In this document: positions 23,937-35,689 of the stretch, piece after piece
Layout: each line of letters opens with the position of its first letter
Numbering within the stretch: the first letter of the stretch is position 1
Assembly: GCA_013265495.1 (NCBI GenBank)
Contig: MU058781.1
Coordinates: 1,778,963-1,842,962 of the forward strand
Source: Vicugna vicugna
Taxonomy: Eukaryota
Length of the DNA: 64,000 nucleotides
Reading direction: 5' to 3'
Position numbers and translations under genes: made by a program
Notes under the pieces: model-generated
What the model saw: only the letters and a program-made list of their open reading frames with translations
The model's database searches: none
Told to the model about the DNA's origin: nothing

Positions 23937-25467
23937 TTTCTAAGACATATTAAGAGAAAAAATATCAAGTGACAGAAAAATAGGCTCAGCATAATCCTAT
24001 TTACGAAAACAATACAAAACAAAATAAAAGTAAATATTTCATATAAACTCTTGGTGCTTCAAACTGTAGTCCCAAATTTTCCCTGGCCTCATCTACTATA
24101 TTCCTGCCTTGACCTCACACTTCAGCTACGTTACACAGTAGCTAAGCGAGAGCAGGCATTTAATGCTTGTTGGATGAATGAATGAATTACAGTTTTCCAA
24201 CATTTCCCCCGTCTTTATTGATGAATAAAAATACATTCAAAAAATTCTCAAAACAATTCTATGAGAAAGGTACTATTATTATGCCTATTTTACAAATGTT
24301 TACAAATGTAACAGTGGCTTAAACTCTTAGAGAGATGAAGGAATTCAGCCAAGTCAGAATTCATACCCAGAGCCTAACCAAAGAACAGGAGTTCTCAACC
24401 ACCATATCGTACCTTTACTCTAAATTCATTAACACTGAAAGGAATTGTGTCTTTTTCATGGACTCTTAAGGACCCTTACTCTCCCGCCACGTACACACAC
24501 AAGATGCATTTTTGTGACTTCAGCACTCTGCTCAAGCCTTCTCCCTGAATCTTCCCCTTCTTCCAAGAACTTTCCCAGTGTCACCCTCAGTCCTGTGGTA
24601 CAAAGGAAATAAGACTTTCTTTGAAGTCAGCTTGCCCTGGGTTAGAATGTCAGCTCTATAACTGCTACCAATTTTTAGATTCCCTGAGCCTCAATCTTAT
24701 CTGTAAAATTCCTGTTATACATGTACAATCACATTTATATAGTCACTTATATGTGTCTGGCTCCCCCTTGCTAAACTACAGATCTTCAAGGGTTTAAAAG
24801 CTCTGACTCACAGTGAGAATATATTTTGCATTGCAACTCAATTCACACATGGACATCAGAGCCCCCCGACATATACACACCCACCGACATAGATTCTGGA
24901 ACAAGTCTGATGAACGTGCTTGCCCTGACTACTTGTAGTGCACATTTTATTCCATTTCATTCCATTCCTTCAGATACTTGTCACGACTCACTAACTTGGT
25001 TCCATGAAGCACAGACATTAGAGAATGCGGAGGCAGTTTGGGCTCTTTTACGCAAGAGAGCATATTTTATTTATTTTTCTTTTGCTACTGGCAAGTGGGT
25101 ATTTGACAACTGCTTGCCGTAGGACTGGGTTTTCCTTGAGAGCACGAATCCTGTCTTAGTTATCTGGTATCCATCCCACAGTTAGCATAATTCTCCTCAC
25201 AACATTTAGAGATCAAATGGCTAAAATTCAGGCCCATTGCCCGCTTCGTGATCAAACATTTGCATCAGTCAGTATCTGACAAGCACCTACTAAGTGGCAA
25301 CACATAAATGCTGAATTCATGGCTCTTTCCCTTAATTATCTTAAAAGCAGTGTGGGAATCCTGAGGTGGGGGGACACTGAATAATGATGCCTAAGTGAGA
25401 AATTTCAAAAAGGAGTAAGACACACAGAGGGCAAAATATCACTTTTATTAGCAATAAAGACTAGGTC

Positions 25468-25668
25468 AGCTACTATATACAAAATAGATAAAAAACAAGG
25501 TCCTACTGTATAGCACAGGGAACTATATTCAATATTTTATAAATAACCTATAATGAAAAAGAATACATATATATGTATAACTGATTCACTATGCTGTATA
25601 CCAGAAACTAATACAACATTGCAAATCAACTATACCTAAAAAAAAAAAACCAAAAAAATCCAAAAAAA
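25468..25668 (+). mobile_element. L1 extreme 3' fragment with A-tail
   Basis: caaggtcctactgtatagcacagggaactatattcaata..ccagaaactaatacaacattgcaaatcaactatac followed by poly-A. Confidence 0.8.
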
Positions 25669-26014
25669 CTGGGGCAGAGAACATATAATAATGTGAGAAC
25701 CAGTCAGGCCTGTTAATTAAACCCTAAGTTGAAACAGTGCTGAACCTGGGTGCCCTCTGTGCTGAAGGCCTTCACAGATGAGGCGTAAGGCAGCTCACAC
25801 CCAAGAGGAATGCGGGAGGAGCTGAGCTCAGCAAACCCAGTTTATTTTTTCCTTAATGCATCAGTTAGATAAGTCACTCCTCCCCTGACAAGGGACAGAG
25901 GGAATAAAAGGGCATGGAGAAACCAGACATATTATTACCAACTGAGCTTCCTTTATTTTAGGAGGACAAAGCACGAGAGGGCTCAGTGTTCCCTTTTAAG
26001 AATCAGATGTGGGG

Positions 26015-26016
<2 letters not shown>

Positions 26017-26048
<32 letters not shown>
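26017..26048. repeat. (AC)16 microsatellite
   Basis: Seen directly. Confidence 0.95.
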
Positions 26049-26053
<5 letters not shown>

Positions 26054-26947
26054 TACATAGATGTATATATGTATTTATGTATATGAAATACTAAGAAGTA
26101 ATGTAAAACAAGAAATATCACAAAGTAGGTACCTAATTATTTGCTAAGTGTAGTTTACACTGGTGATTCTCGAGTCTGGTTGTTCATCAAAACCTGGAGA
26201 ACATTAAATAATTACACACCCTCTCTAATGCCCTCCCCGCCCTCCGCACACCAGGCATGAAACCCAGGAATCTGATTTTTGGAGCTTCCTGGGTAATTTT
26301 GGTATGCAGGTGTGGCTGAGAACCACGGACTTACAGGAGTCAGGCAAGCGATCAGGAAGCAGGGAGGTCTTATGAAGGAGGAAATTGAACAGACGTTGCA
26401 GGATAGGTAGGATTGAGGTAGTCAGAAGGGAGACAGCAGAGCATTCTGTACACGGAGGAGCGCAGTCAGCAGAAGGACTCCAGGAATAACTGTGGCTCAG
26501 AGGTAAACTCAAGACCTGATTCTTGAAAACCCTTACAAATTTTATCCCTGGACAGTGATCTATGCTAATATAGCAAATGACAAGACATACTGCAGCATGG
26601 CTTAGTGGAAAAGATCCTGGACTTTTGAGTCAGGAGACTTGGTTCCTGGCTGTGTGACTTTGTCCCAGTCACTGCATCCTGGATATTTAAGGATGCTTTG
26701 TAAAGACTGGAGTTCTTAAAGGACTCTGGGGAGGTGGTCTTCCCATTTCAGGAAATGGCACTGCCATTCACCTAGAAGCTCAGGTGACAAACCGGGGAGT
26801 CATTTTTTTAATTTCTTTTCCTCAGTTCCCACATCTAACCCATTAGCTAACCCTGATGATTTTCCTTCCAAAACATATCCCAAATCTCTCCACTTCTCAT
26901 TGGCTCCATAGATTACTACCCTAAGACACCACCTTTCACTTGGATTA

Positions 26948-27254
26948 CCCAGAGTTTTGGATTCAATAGTTCTGGGTTAGGGCCTGAGAACTTGCATCTC
27001 TTTTCTTTCTCTTAAAGCCAGCATTTTATTTGCTTTTTTCTGTTTGTTTTTGGTGGGGAGAAGGTAACCAGGTTTAATTTATTTTTAGAGGAGGTACTGG
27101 CAATTGAACCCAGGACCTCGGCATACTAGACATGCGCTCTACTACTTGAGCCATACCCTCCTCCCCACCCCAGGCCTGGAGAACTTGCATTTCTAACAAG
27201 TTCCCAGGTGATGCGGATTTTGCTGGCCAGGAGATCACTCTTTGAGAAACATTG
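26948..27254. mobile_element. MER5A-like MITE interrupted by a SINE
   Basis: gggcctgagaacttgcat[SINE]ttctaacaagttcccaggtgatgc..ctttgagaaacattg. Confidence 0.7.
27000..27170 (-). mobile_element. Camelid tRNA-derived SINE (vic-1-like)
   Basis: gaggaggtactggcaattgaacccaggacctcg..; TSD-like GGCCTG(G)AGAACTTGCAT on both sides. Confidence 0.8.
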
Positions 27255-27387
27255 CTTTAGAGCAGTGCTTAACATGGGTGCACATTACAATCACCCAGCA
27301 GCTTTCAAATACTACTGTACTTGGGACTGACCTCTAGAGATTCTGATTCATTTGGTCTGGCCATTTGTAATTTTTAAATCTCCCTAG

Positions 27388-27957
27388 TGTTACCTGAAAA
27401 CTGGGTTCACCTGTTGTTGGGTGTCGAGCCAAAAGCACAACAAAGCCAAAGAGCAGGAGAAGGATCTGTTACTTGTAGCAAGTAAGGAGAACGCTGGGGA
27501 TCTTTCCCAACGCAGTGTCTCCATGAACAGCAAAACTGGGGAAGTTTTAAGCTAAGGGTACATGCATATTCATGAAGGGGCGTGGGCGGTCAACAGAGTC
27601 CAAGCTTTAGCTGACTGCTGTCAGGAGCGTCAGAAAAGGTCAGTATCATCATCCTTTAGGTTCCAGTTGATCTGGTGGTTGAAGCTTCAGACTAATTTTT
27701 ACCATTAAAACAGAACTGGGAGTCTTGACAACTGATATATTATCTTTGCTATTGTTACTTCTCCTGCCTGATCACAGTCTTTTGTTTCTGTATTCTTTTG
27801 TTCCCTTAAGATCATTAATTACTGAGTCTTGTTAAAAGGCAAGAATTGTAGCCAGGCTTAGATCACAGAATGGCTTACGCCAAAAATGCATTCTCTTCTG
27901 TCTAGAAAGCCGTGCCTGGTTTTTTTCTCTGGGGACTCCAAATCTTATCTGCTTATA
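27388..27957 (-). mobile_element. ERV1-class solo LTR, copy 1 (inserted in a MER5B-like element)
   Basis: TG..TA ends; perfect 4-bp TSD CTAG (27384-27387, 27958-27961); homologous to copies 2 and 3. Confidence 0.85.
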
Positions 27958-28043
27958 CTAGGAGATTCGAAATGTTCATCTAGGGTTGAGAAACACTACC
28001 AAGGCTTAAATGAGTGGCTAAGTTTGTTTGTTTCCTGTGGCTT

Positions 28044-28342
28044 TGTAAGCAGATCAACTGGAACCTAAGGGAGCAACGATGTTAACCTTTTCCAACCCTC
28101 CTGACTTCAATAAACTAGAGCTTTGACTCTAATGACCTCCCAAGCCCAAGCCCCTTCATGAATATGCATGTACCCTTAGCTTAAAACTTCCTCAATTTTG
28201 CCGTTGGGAAGATGCTGCTTCGGGGAAAATCTCCAGTGTGCGCCTTACTTGCTGCAAGTAATAAATCCTTCCTTCTCCTACTCTCTGGCTTGGTTGTGAA
28301 TTTTGACACCCACCAAGAAGTGAACTCATTTTTCAGGTAACA
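28044..28342 (+). mobile_element. ERV1-class solo LTR, copy 2 (internally deleted, 299 bp)
   Basis: TGTAAGCAGAT..CAGGTAACA is the reverse complement of the copy 1 ends; AATAAA near 28260; TSD GCTT/GTTT. Confidence 0.85.
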
Positions 28343-29043
28343 GTTTAGCTGCTCCCATTACCTGGTACACTCTTCCTCTAGGTCCTTCCATGGTTGGATC
28401 CTTTTTGTCATTATTCAGGTCTCTGGCTAAATGTCACTTCCTCCAGTAGATTTTTCCTGATTCCCTCAACCTAAAGTAACACCCCTATCTTTACCACATT
28501 GTCCTGCTTGTTCTCATTCTAGGAATTGGCAGTTTGTGAGATTCCCCTATTTACGCTTACTGCCTGTATCTTCCAACTATGACATAAATGTGTTGAGCAT
28601 AAACGTCTTTGGTTTATTCACTGCTGTGTCCCCAGCACTTAGGACAGTGCCTGGCATCTATTAGGAATTCAATATATGTGAATGAAAGAGAAGATACAAA
28701 GCTTTAAAATGAATTCTTCCAGTTCTGTATTCAACTGTTCAGCTGGGTTTTAATAAAATGTGTTTTATTTATGCAATAGAATTGAATCATCTATGAAAAA
28801 AAGTATCAGTGGATTTTTCGGTAAATGTAATTGCACTAGAGTCACTCTTTTCATAGGAACCCTGTATTAAATCTTCTGCAAAGTCATTATCCCTTAATGT
28901 ATTTTGATATACAGTATTTGTTCATAATACTGCTGCTTAGGGAATACAGCTCACAGAATGGAGCAGCTGGGTATGACCAGGATCTATTTATTTCATCAAG
29001 GGATTGTTGCTCAGATTTGGTTTGCTTACTTTTGGAGACAGAG

Positions 29044-29612
29044 TGTTAGCAAAAACTGGGTTTGCTTCTTGGTGGGAGTCGAGCCAAAATTAACAACCAA
29101 GCCAAAGATAGGGAAAAGGAAGGATTTATTACTTGCAGCAAGTAAGTAGAACATTGGGGATCTTTCCCAAAGCACTGTCTCCATGAACAGCAAAACTGGG
29201 GAAGTTTTAAGCTAAGGGAACATGCATATTCATGAAGGGGCTTAGGTGGTCAGCAGAGTCCAAGCGTTAGTTGAGTGACATCAAGAGGGTCAGAAAAGGT
29301 CACCATCATCCTCCTTTCGGTTGATCTGGTGGTTGAGCCCCCAAAAGGGGTTTAAATTTTGCAAAACAGCTCAAGAAAGTGCTTCAGGCTAAACAGAATT
29401 GGGAGTTTACCACTGATTTATTATCTTTGCTATTGTTATTTTTCCTGCTTGACAAGAGTCTTTTGTTCTCTTAAGATTATTATTACTGAAACCTGTTCAG
29501 GGGCAAGGGCTGTGGACAGGCTTAGATCACAAAATGGTTTAGAACAACAACAAAAAGACTTCTGTTATGCCAAGAAACATTTCTTCAAGATCCTCTACCT
29601 TATTTGCTTCCA
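29044..29612 (-). mobile_element. ERV1-class solo LTR, copy 3
   Basis: Colinear with copy 1 (aaaactggggaagttttaagctaaggg..atgcatattcatgaagggg); TG..CA ends; TSD AGAG/AGAT. Confidence 0.85.
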
Positions 29613-30199
29613 AGATGGCAGGAGAAAGAAATTAGAAGAGCGACAGGAAAACATGAAGATTATACCTGATTCCTTCTAAAAGTCGGCTACAGTTATCCTC
29701 TTTTCTTCTGGGGGCACCTCTTTAACGAATGAATGTAATCTGAATTGAAGAGTCTTAACTTCAGAGTACTTGAGATAATTAAAGCGTCTTGTGTCACAGG
29801 GGTCTGTTCAAGCCATTGTGGCTAAGTCTTCAGCTGTGGGCCATGTCACTTGGTCTCAGGGAAGCAGCTGGATTGAATTTACGACTCAGGCAAATTAAGG
29901 GCAAAGCAGATGTCCTTAAGTCCCTCACGGTCCATTTCAGAAATACATTATCTACGAAAACATAGAAGAACATCTGTCACGGGGAAAAAAGGGAGTTTCC
30001 ATGCCTCTGGGTCCTCTCTTTGGCAGGGACGTTGGTATTTCCTCAAAAGTCCCAAGTATCCAACCTTCGCCCCCAGCAAAGAGGCTAGGTTCACATGTAA
30101 CCAGTTTTTCAGGCAGCTGCCTCCCCTTTCTTCCCTCTTTGTGCTTCGCCAGTCATGGCTTTAAACAAAACGACTTTGTGCGTGGAGTAATGGTTGAAC

Positions 30200-31200
30200 T
30201 CACTCTGGCGCTTTGGCACAGCGCAGGAGGGGCAGCCAAGAGCACGGGTTCCGAGAACACAAACCCCTAGTCGGTAGACGGAGGTTGTGGCTCGAGAAAA
30301 CCAAAGGCAGAGTGGCGAGTGGGAGGGAGAAGCAAAGCAGCTGAGTCGGCGGTGCATTCTGGGAGTTGGAGTCCTTTTGGGGCGGCCTCCTCAGGGCTCC
30401 ACCGGCTGCGCACTTCAACTCCCAGCCGCTCCCGCGCTCCGGAGGCGGCGAGCGGTGGGAGCGCTCGGTGATGAGCTGCCGCAGGGGGAGGGGGTCTGGG
30501 GCGGAGAAGCGCCGCGGCTGCCGCCGGGAGACGTTATCTGCGGTCCGTGGAGACCGAGGGACCCTCGGGTGGGCGACGACGAGGGCCGTGTGGCCGCCGC
30601 GCGTTCCAGTGTTCGCCCTCTCTGCCATCCACAGGCGGGCGGCGTCCGCCATGGAAGCACATCCGGCCGCCGCCGAGGTCTCCGGGCGCCGCGTCCCCGG
30701 TTCCCCGGAACGATGAGGGGGTAGGAGCGCCCCGCGTTCCGCCTCCCGCCCGCGCTCCGTGGGCCAGACCGAGAAGGACGGTGGGTCGGCCGGCGGCCGC
30801 GGTGCCCGCCCCCGCGCCGTCCCGCCCAGCCCCGCCTCCTGGGGGCGCTGCCGGGGGGCGCCCATTGCCCCGCCGCCCGGAGCCGGCCGCCCTCCGCCAC
30901 CCAAGATGTGGCACAACGTCGGGCTGACCCTGCTGGTGTTCGTGGCCACGCTGCTGATCGTGCTGCTGCTGATGGTGTGCGGTGAGTGGGGCATCGCCGC
31001 GGGGCGGTTACACCGCGCGGTACGCGCGCCGGCTCCACTCGTCTGGCCGTCTTGCTGGTTTCGTGTGTTGAACAAGGGGGAAGAAAAGGGCTTGGGTGGG
31101 CAAGCGTTTTAAAATCAATTGTCCGCTTTCTTCTGGGAATGAACTCAGGAAATGTGCCCCTGACCCGCGGCAGGCCCGCCGGCATCCTGGAGAGGCTAGA
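30200..31200 (+). promoter_or_regulatory. SMIM13: CpG island / promoter and exon 1 of SMIM13
   Basis: High GC and CpG content, GC boxes, and two ZNF143-like motifs around the first coding exon. Confidence 0.9.
30906..30981 (+). CDS. SMIM13: SMIM13 coding exon 1 (MWHNVGLTLLVFVATLLIVLLLMVC + first base of Gly; transmembrane segment)
   Basis: Recognisable SMIM13 N-terminus; AAG ATG context (A at -3); donor G|GTGAGT at 30982; phase 1. Confidence 0.96.
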
Positions 31201-31918
31201 ACGGGATCCAGGGCTGGGCATTTGACTCTGGGTTAGACCAGATCTTGCTTCACCCGGCAGCGTCTTGATTGCCGTTCTTACCACAGTCTGCCCAGATTTT
31301 AACCTTGGCCTGTATTCGAAGGTGAAGTGATTGGTTTCTCCTTTTTCCTTTTCACACGTTCTGACTCGGAGGATAATGAGAGGTTTCATTACCTTCATTT
31401 AATCAGGGAGAGGGACAGAGCTGGGTTTGAAGCACATGGGAAATTGCTTGTTTATTTCGAGTTCGGGCTTAAACTCAGTATGAAACAGAAATGTTGAGAC
31501 GAGGCAGAACTTAAAAAACACCGGCTATATTAAACTTCCAGGGTCAGGTAACCTAACTCTTAGTTCTGTAATAATGCTGCTAGTTTGTTTGCTGAATTTT
31601 TTTCTTTTTCCTTCTTGGAATGAGAGGACTACTTTCTTAAGGTATTAGCGCAATTGTAGATCTTGATTCTTTTTTTTAATACACAGTAACGGATAACCAC
31701 AGGTCTCTTAGCAAAGTGGCTGAGCAATTGTGAAAATTTAAGAAGTATTTAGAACCAGATGGTTCAGTTTATTTTTTTTAACAATTAACAATATTGAAGT
31801 ATAGTTTCAGGTTGATGCAATAATTGGCCAGAATTCAAAATGCTATAGGACTTACTCATGATTAATGTACTAAATGCTCAGTATCAGCCATGTTTGGAGA
31901 AGATATTTGTGCATATGC

Positions 31919-31950
<32 letters not shown>

Positions 31951-32596
31951 GCATATAGTGTTTATATATGTGTATGTATATTTTAAATTTTCTTTCTTTT
32001 ACTAACGCACTAGAGTTAAAGCTTCTAACTTACAGCCTTTCTTTTCTGATGATAAAACGATTGGAAAGCCTTTCTCAGTTTCCTGCTTGTGTTGTCAGGA
32101 TTTGGGGCTAATTGTAGATGTTTAAGATCCTTGAAGTAAGGAAAACCAGATCTTTGTGTTTATTTGGATGTGAGGAAGGAGGCAAACATATGCTTTCTTT
32201 TCTAATTTGAAGATGCAGCCCACCTGAGATGGGTCTGTGGCTTGTCAACCATACAACACTGCCAAACTTGCCTTTGGGGCATCAGAATGCCTAATTGCTG
32301 CATACATCAGACTTGCTCTCTCAGCTCAGACGCTATTTGACTTAAATGTTACTCACTTTTCTAAAAGTATCCTGCCTTAGGTTTCAGAAAACATTATGAA
32401 AGGAGAGGAGAGGAGAGGTGTGATATTTAAAATAGTGCCTTATTTTGATTGGAAGGGTCAAGACTAATAGTTCTGAGAAGTGATCCAAGCACTTCTTTGT
32501 CGAGCTTATGATGGGGTAGCTTCATCTTTTACTAGGAGGGGCCCAGGGCTTGGGGGGAGAAGGATCCCATCAGATTTGAGGGAGAAACCAGGACAT

Positions 32597-32915
32597 TGTA
32601 TTAGTTTGCTAGATCTGCCGTAACAATATACCACAGACATTAACAACAGAAATTAATTTTCTTGCAGTCTGGAGGTTAGAAGTTCGAGATCGTGGTGCCA
32701 GCAAGGCTGATTTCTTCTAAAACCTCTCTCCTTGGCTTGTAGATGACCGTCTTCACGTGGTTTTTCATCTGTGTGTGTGTCTGTGACCTAATCTTACATA
32801 ATAAGGACACCAGTCATATTGGATTAGGGCCTCACCCTTACGAATTGATTTAACCTTAAATAACCCTTTATAGGCCTTGTCTCCAGATACAGTCATGTTG
32901 GGGGTTAGAAATCTA
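32597..32915 (-). mobile_element. MaLR LTR (MLT1A/B-like) in the SMIM13 intron
   Basis: tgtattagtttgctag..ctgccgtaacaa..aaggacaccagtcatattggattagggcc. Confidence 0.8.
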
Positions 32916-33884
32916 AGACACAGGTCTGCCCAAGAAACTCATAGCCTAGTTTATTTTTAGAGCTAACCAGCTTGTTCACATAATGAGTTCCTATTTTCAA
33001 CTTTCAGTTTCCTAAGGAGATCTTCTTCTCTTGTCTGTACTGATTGTACTTTCTCATCTTTCATTCGTTCTAAAATATTTCCCACTATTCACTGAAGCTG
33101 CCCTTGTGAAGGTCAGTAACAAATGGCCTCCATTCCCAAGTCCATGGCCACTTATGAGTTCTAATCATACTTACCCTCATGCTCATTCTGTACAGGTGAG
33201 CATTTCTTCCGTGAAGCATTTCTCTTAGCTTTTGTGCACTAGACTTTCATGGTGTTCTTCCTACTGTAGTGGCTAATTGTCTTTTCCTGGTTTCTCTTCT
33301 CCGAGAATTTAACTTTTTTTAAATCATAAGCTATGCTAGGAAATAAATTTTACATTATTCACAGTAGGTTTATAAGTATAAATTACATATATCAGTCAGT
33401 TTATATATGCATGTCTCTACCTGTTACCAGTCATCTTGGAAGTAAACGTTTTACAGACAAGTACTTCTTGAGGTGCATGCTGCTTTCTATTATATTTCTA
33501 TAATAAATTATGTTATAATATAAATATATATTTCTATTTTCCCCTTGCTTCTGGGCTTTCCCTGTGGTATCTTATCCAGTCCTAAAGATTTAAATAATAA
33601 CCAACTATTGACTAAAATTGAAATCTCCAGATCTCACGCCTCTCCTGACCCCAGCTCATGCATCAGACATTTTTTTCTCCATATCCCTACTTGGAGATCT
33701 AATAACCATCTCAAACTAAACACCTTTAACACAGAACTCTTGATTTCTACCACCTGTTTCTCCCTCCCGCCTCAGCTTTTATCAGCACCCAAGGATGTGG
33801 GTGTCATCCTTGGTTTTGCCCTTTCCTTTGCCTCCTCTTTTAAATATCAACTCCATCTAGAAGTCTCTTCAGTTTTGTCTCAGT

Positions 33885-34800
33885 TTTTTTCTTTCAGTTT
33901 AATCGAGATGTAATTGACATACAGCACTGTATAAATATAAGGTGTACAGCATACACACTTATATACGTCATGAAATGATTATCATAGTAAATTTAGTGAA
34001 CATCCATCATCTCATATAGACAAAATTAAAGAAATAGAAAAAACATTTTTTCTTGCGACGAGAACTCTCAGGATTTACTCTCTTAACGTCTTTCATGTAT
34101 AAGATACAGTAGTGTTAATTGTATTTGTCATGTTGTACGTTATATCCCTAGGTTCTTACAACTGAAAGGCTGTACCTTTTGACCACCTTCATCCAACCCC
34201 CCCACCTCACCCCATAACCAAAAATCTGATCTCCTTTTCTGTGAGTGTATTTTTGAACTGTAATGGATCTGCAACACCATTCGTTCCTATTACAGGATAT
34301 AGTGATTTGATATTTCTATACATTTCAAAAAGATCACCACGATAAGTCTAGTTACATCTGTCACCATACAAAGATAGTACATAATTATTGACTTTATTCC
34401 TCACACTAAATTTCATACCTGTGACTCACTCATTTCGCAGCTGGAAGTTTGTACCTCTTAATCTCCCTCACCTATTTCTTTCCTCCCTCCACCCCCTCCC
34501 CATGGCAACCACCTGTTTGTTCTCTGTATCTCTGACTCTGTTTCTGTTTAGTTACGTTTGTTTTGTTTTTTAGATTCCACATACAAGTGAAATCATACAG
34601 CATTTTTCTTTCTCTGTCTGACTTAATTGCATGTAGCTTTATACCCTCTAGATCCATCCAAGTTGTTGCAGATGGCAAGATTTCATTCTCTTTTGTAAGT
34701 ATAAAGTAATATTCCATTGTACGTATATACCTCCATTTATATATCCATTCATTTCCATTTGCATGGAATACCTTTTCCATCTCCTCACCTTCAGTCTGTG
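33885..34800 (-). mobile_element. L1 3' end (ORF2 tail + 3'UTR)
   Basis: Minus-strand peptide KENEILPSATTWMDLEGIKL and L1 3'UTR motifs. Confidence 0.8.
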
Positions 34801-34811
34801 CTTGTCAATCT

Positions 34812-34884
34812 TGCCCGCGGTGAGTTGAGTCTGCAGAGGTGGAACCCATGGATATGAACCCATGGATGCGGAGGGCTGACTGTA
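34812..34884 (+). mobile_element. TcMar-Tigger-family terminal fragment (MER2/MER8-like)
   Basis: gaacccatggatgcggagggctgactgTA terminal motif. Confidence 0.55.
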
Positions 34885-35689
34885 TTGTACGTGTTTGTTT
34901 CCCCCAGTTAGAGTGTAAGTTTAGTGCAGGCAGGGACCTTCTTTGGCTTGTTCTCTGCTCTATTCCTGGATCCTAGAGAGTAGTGCCTGGCATGTAGAAG
35001 GCCCTCGTATTTGAAGAAGGAACAAAGATTCTTCAATATAGATTATTACATTCCCATTACAAATACAGTCTAAAGTGTGGTACAAACCAGTGTTGTCTCA
35101 GGATGGATAACCCTTGTATTACTCAATGACATATGCTTAGCGAACTCTAATGTTCAGCTGCTATAGTGGAGATACGAGTTTCCAAAAGTTAATAAAGCTT
35201 AATCCCTGCTCTTGAGGGCTGTGTGCTGCAGTGTGGAAGATGCTCACACAAGGTACCTAGTAAAACCTAGGCCTCTGAGCTCCGGTTTCACTTATAAGGC
35301 TCTGCTCCTTTCCCTGGTTGTTTCATAGAGCTCAGAATCCTTCCCCAAAACAACTCCTTGTTTTCAGTGTGTGCACAGCACCCAAGGTATTTTACCTTCC
35401 TCCTTCATTCCCAGTCATTTGGCCATAGGTCATACACCCATTCATTCTCCAAGTATTTGAGCATCTCTTGTAAACGTCATTCTGAGACACAAAGATAACC
35501 AAAGCCTGGTTCTATCACTAAATCACAAATTCTGGAAGAGGATACAACTTGGTTACTACTTTCAACAAGTGGCAAGAGTCTTAAGAAATGGTCTTTTACG
35601 TCAACTTGGGTGATACCCTGATATCACCTTCCTTTCAAGCAGAAACAAGCCTTTTCTTTTCCAAGAGCAGTCAGCAGTCACTGAGTTCA

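Noticed and set aside
27388..29612. Single provirus bounded by LTR copies 1 and 3
   Set aside because: Each copy has its own TSD, and the intervening DNA is MER5/L2/unique sequence plus an inverted LTR, with no gag/pol remnant.
30759..30905. In-frame N-terminal extension of SMIM13 suggested by the ORF track
   Set aside because: It starts at a non-ATG codon in GC-rich sequence; the known protein starts at MWH (30906).
30200..31398. Long minus-strand ORFs (291 and 327 aa) over the SMIM13 CpG island
   Set aside because: Low-complexity GC-rich frames; the real coding part is the 76-nt plus-strand exon.
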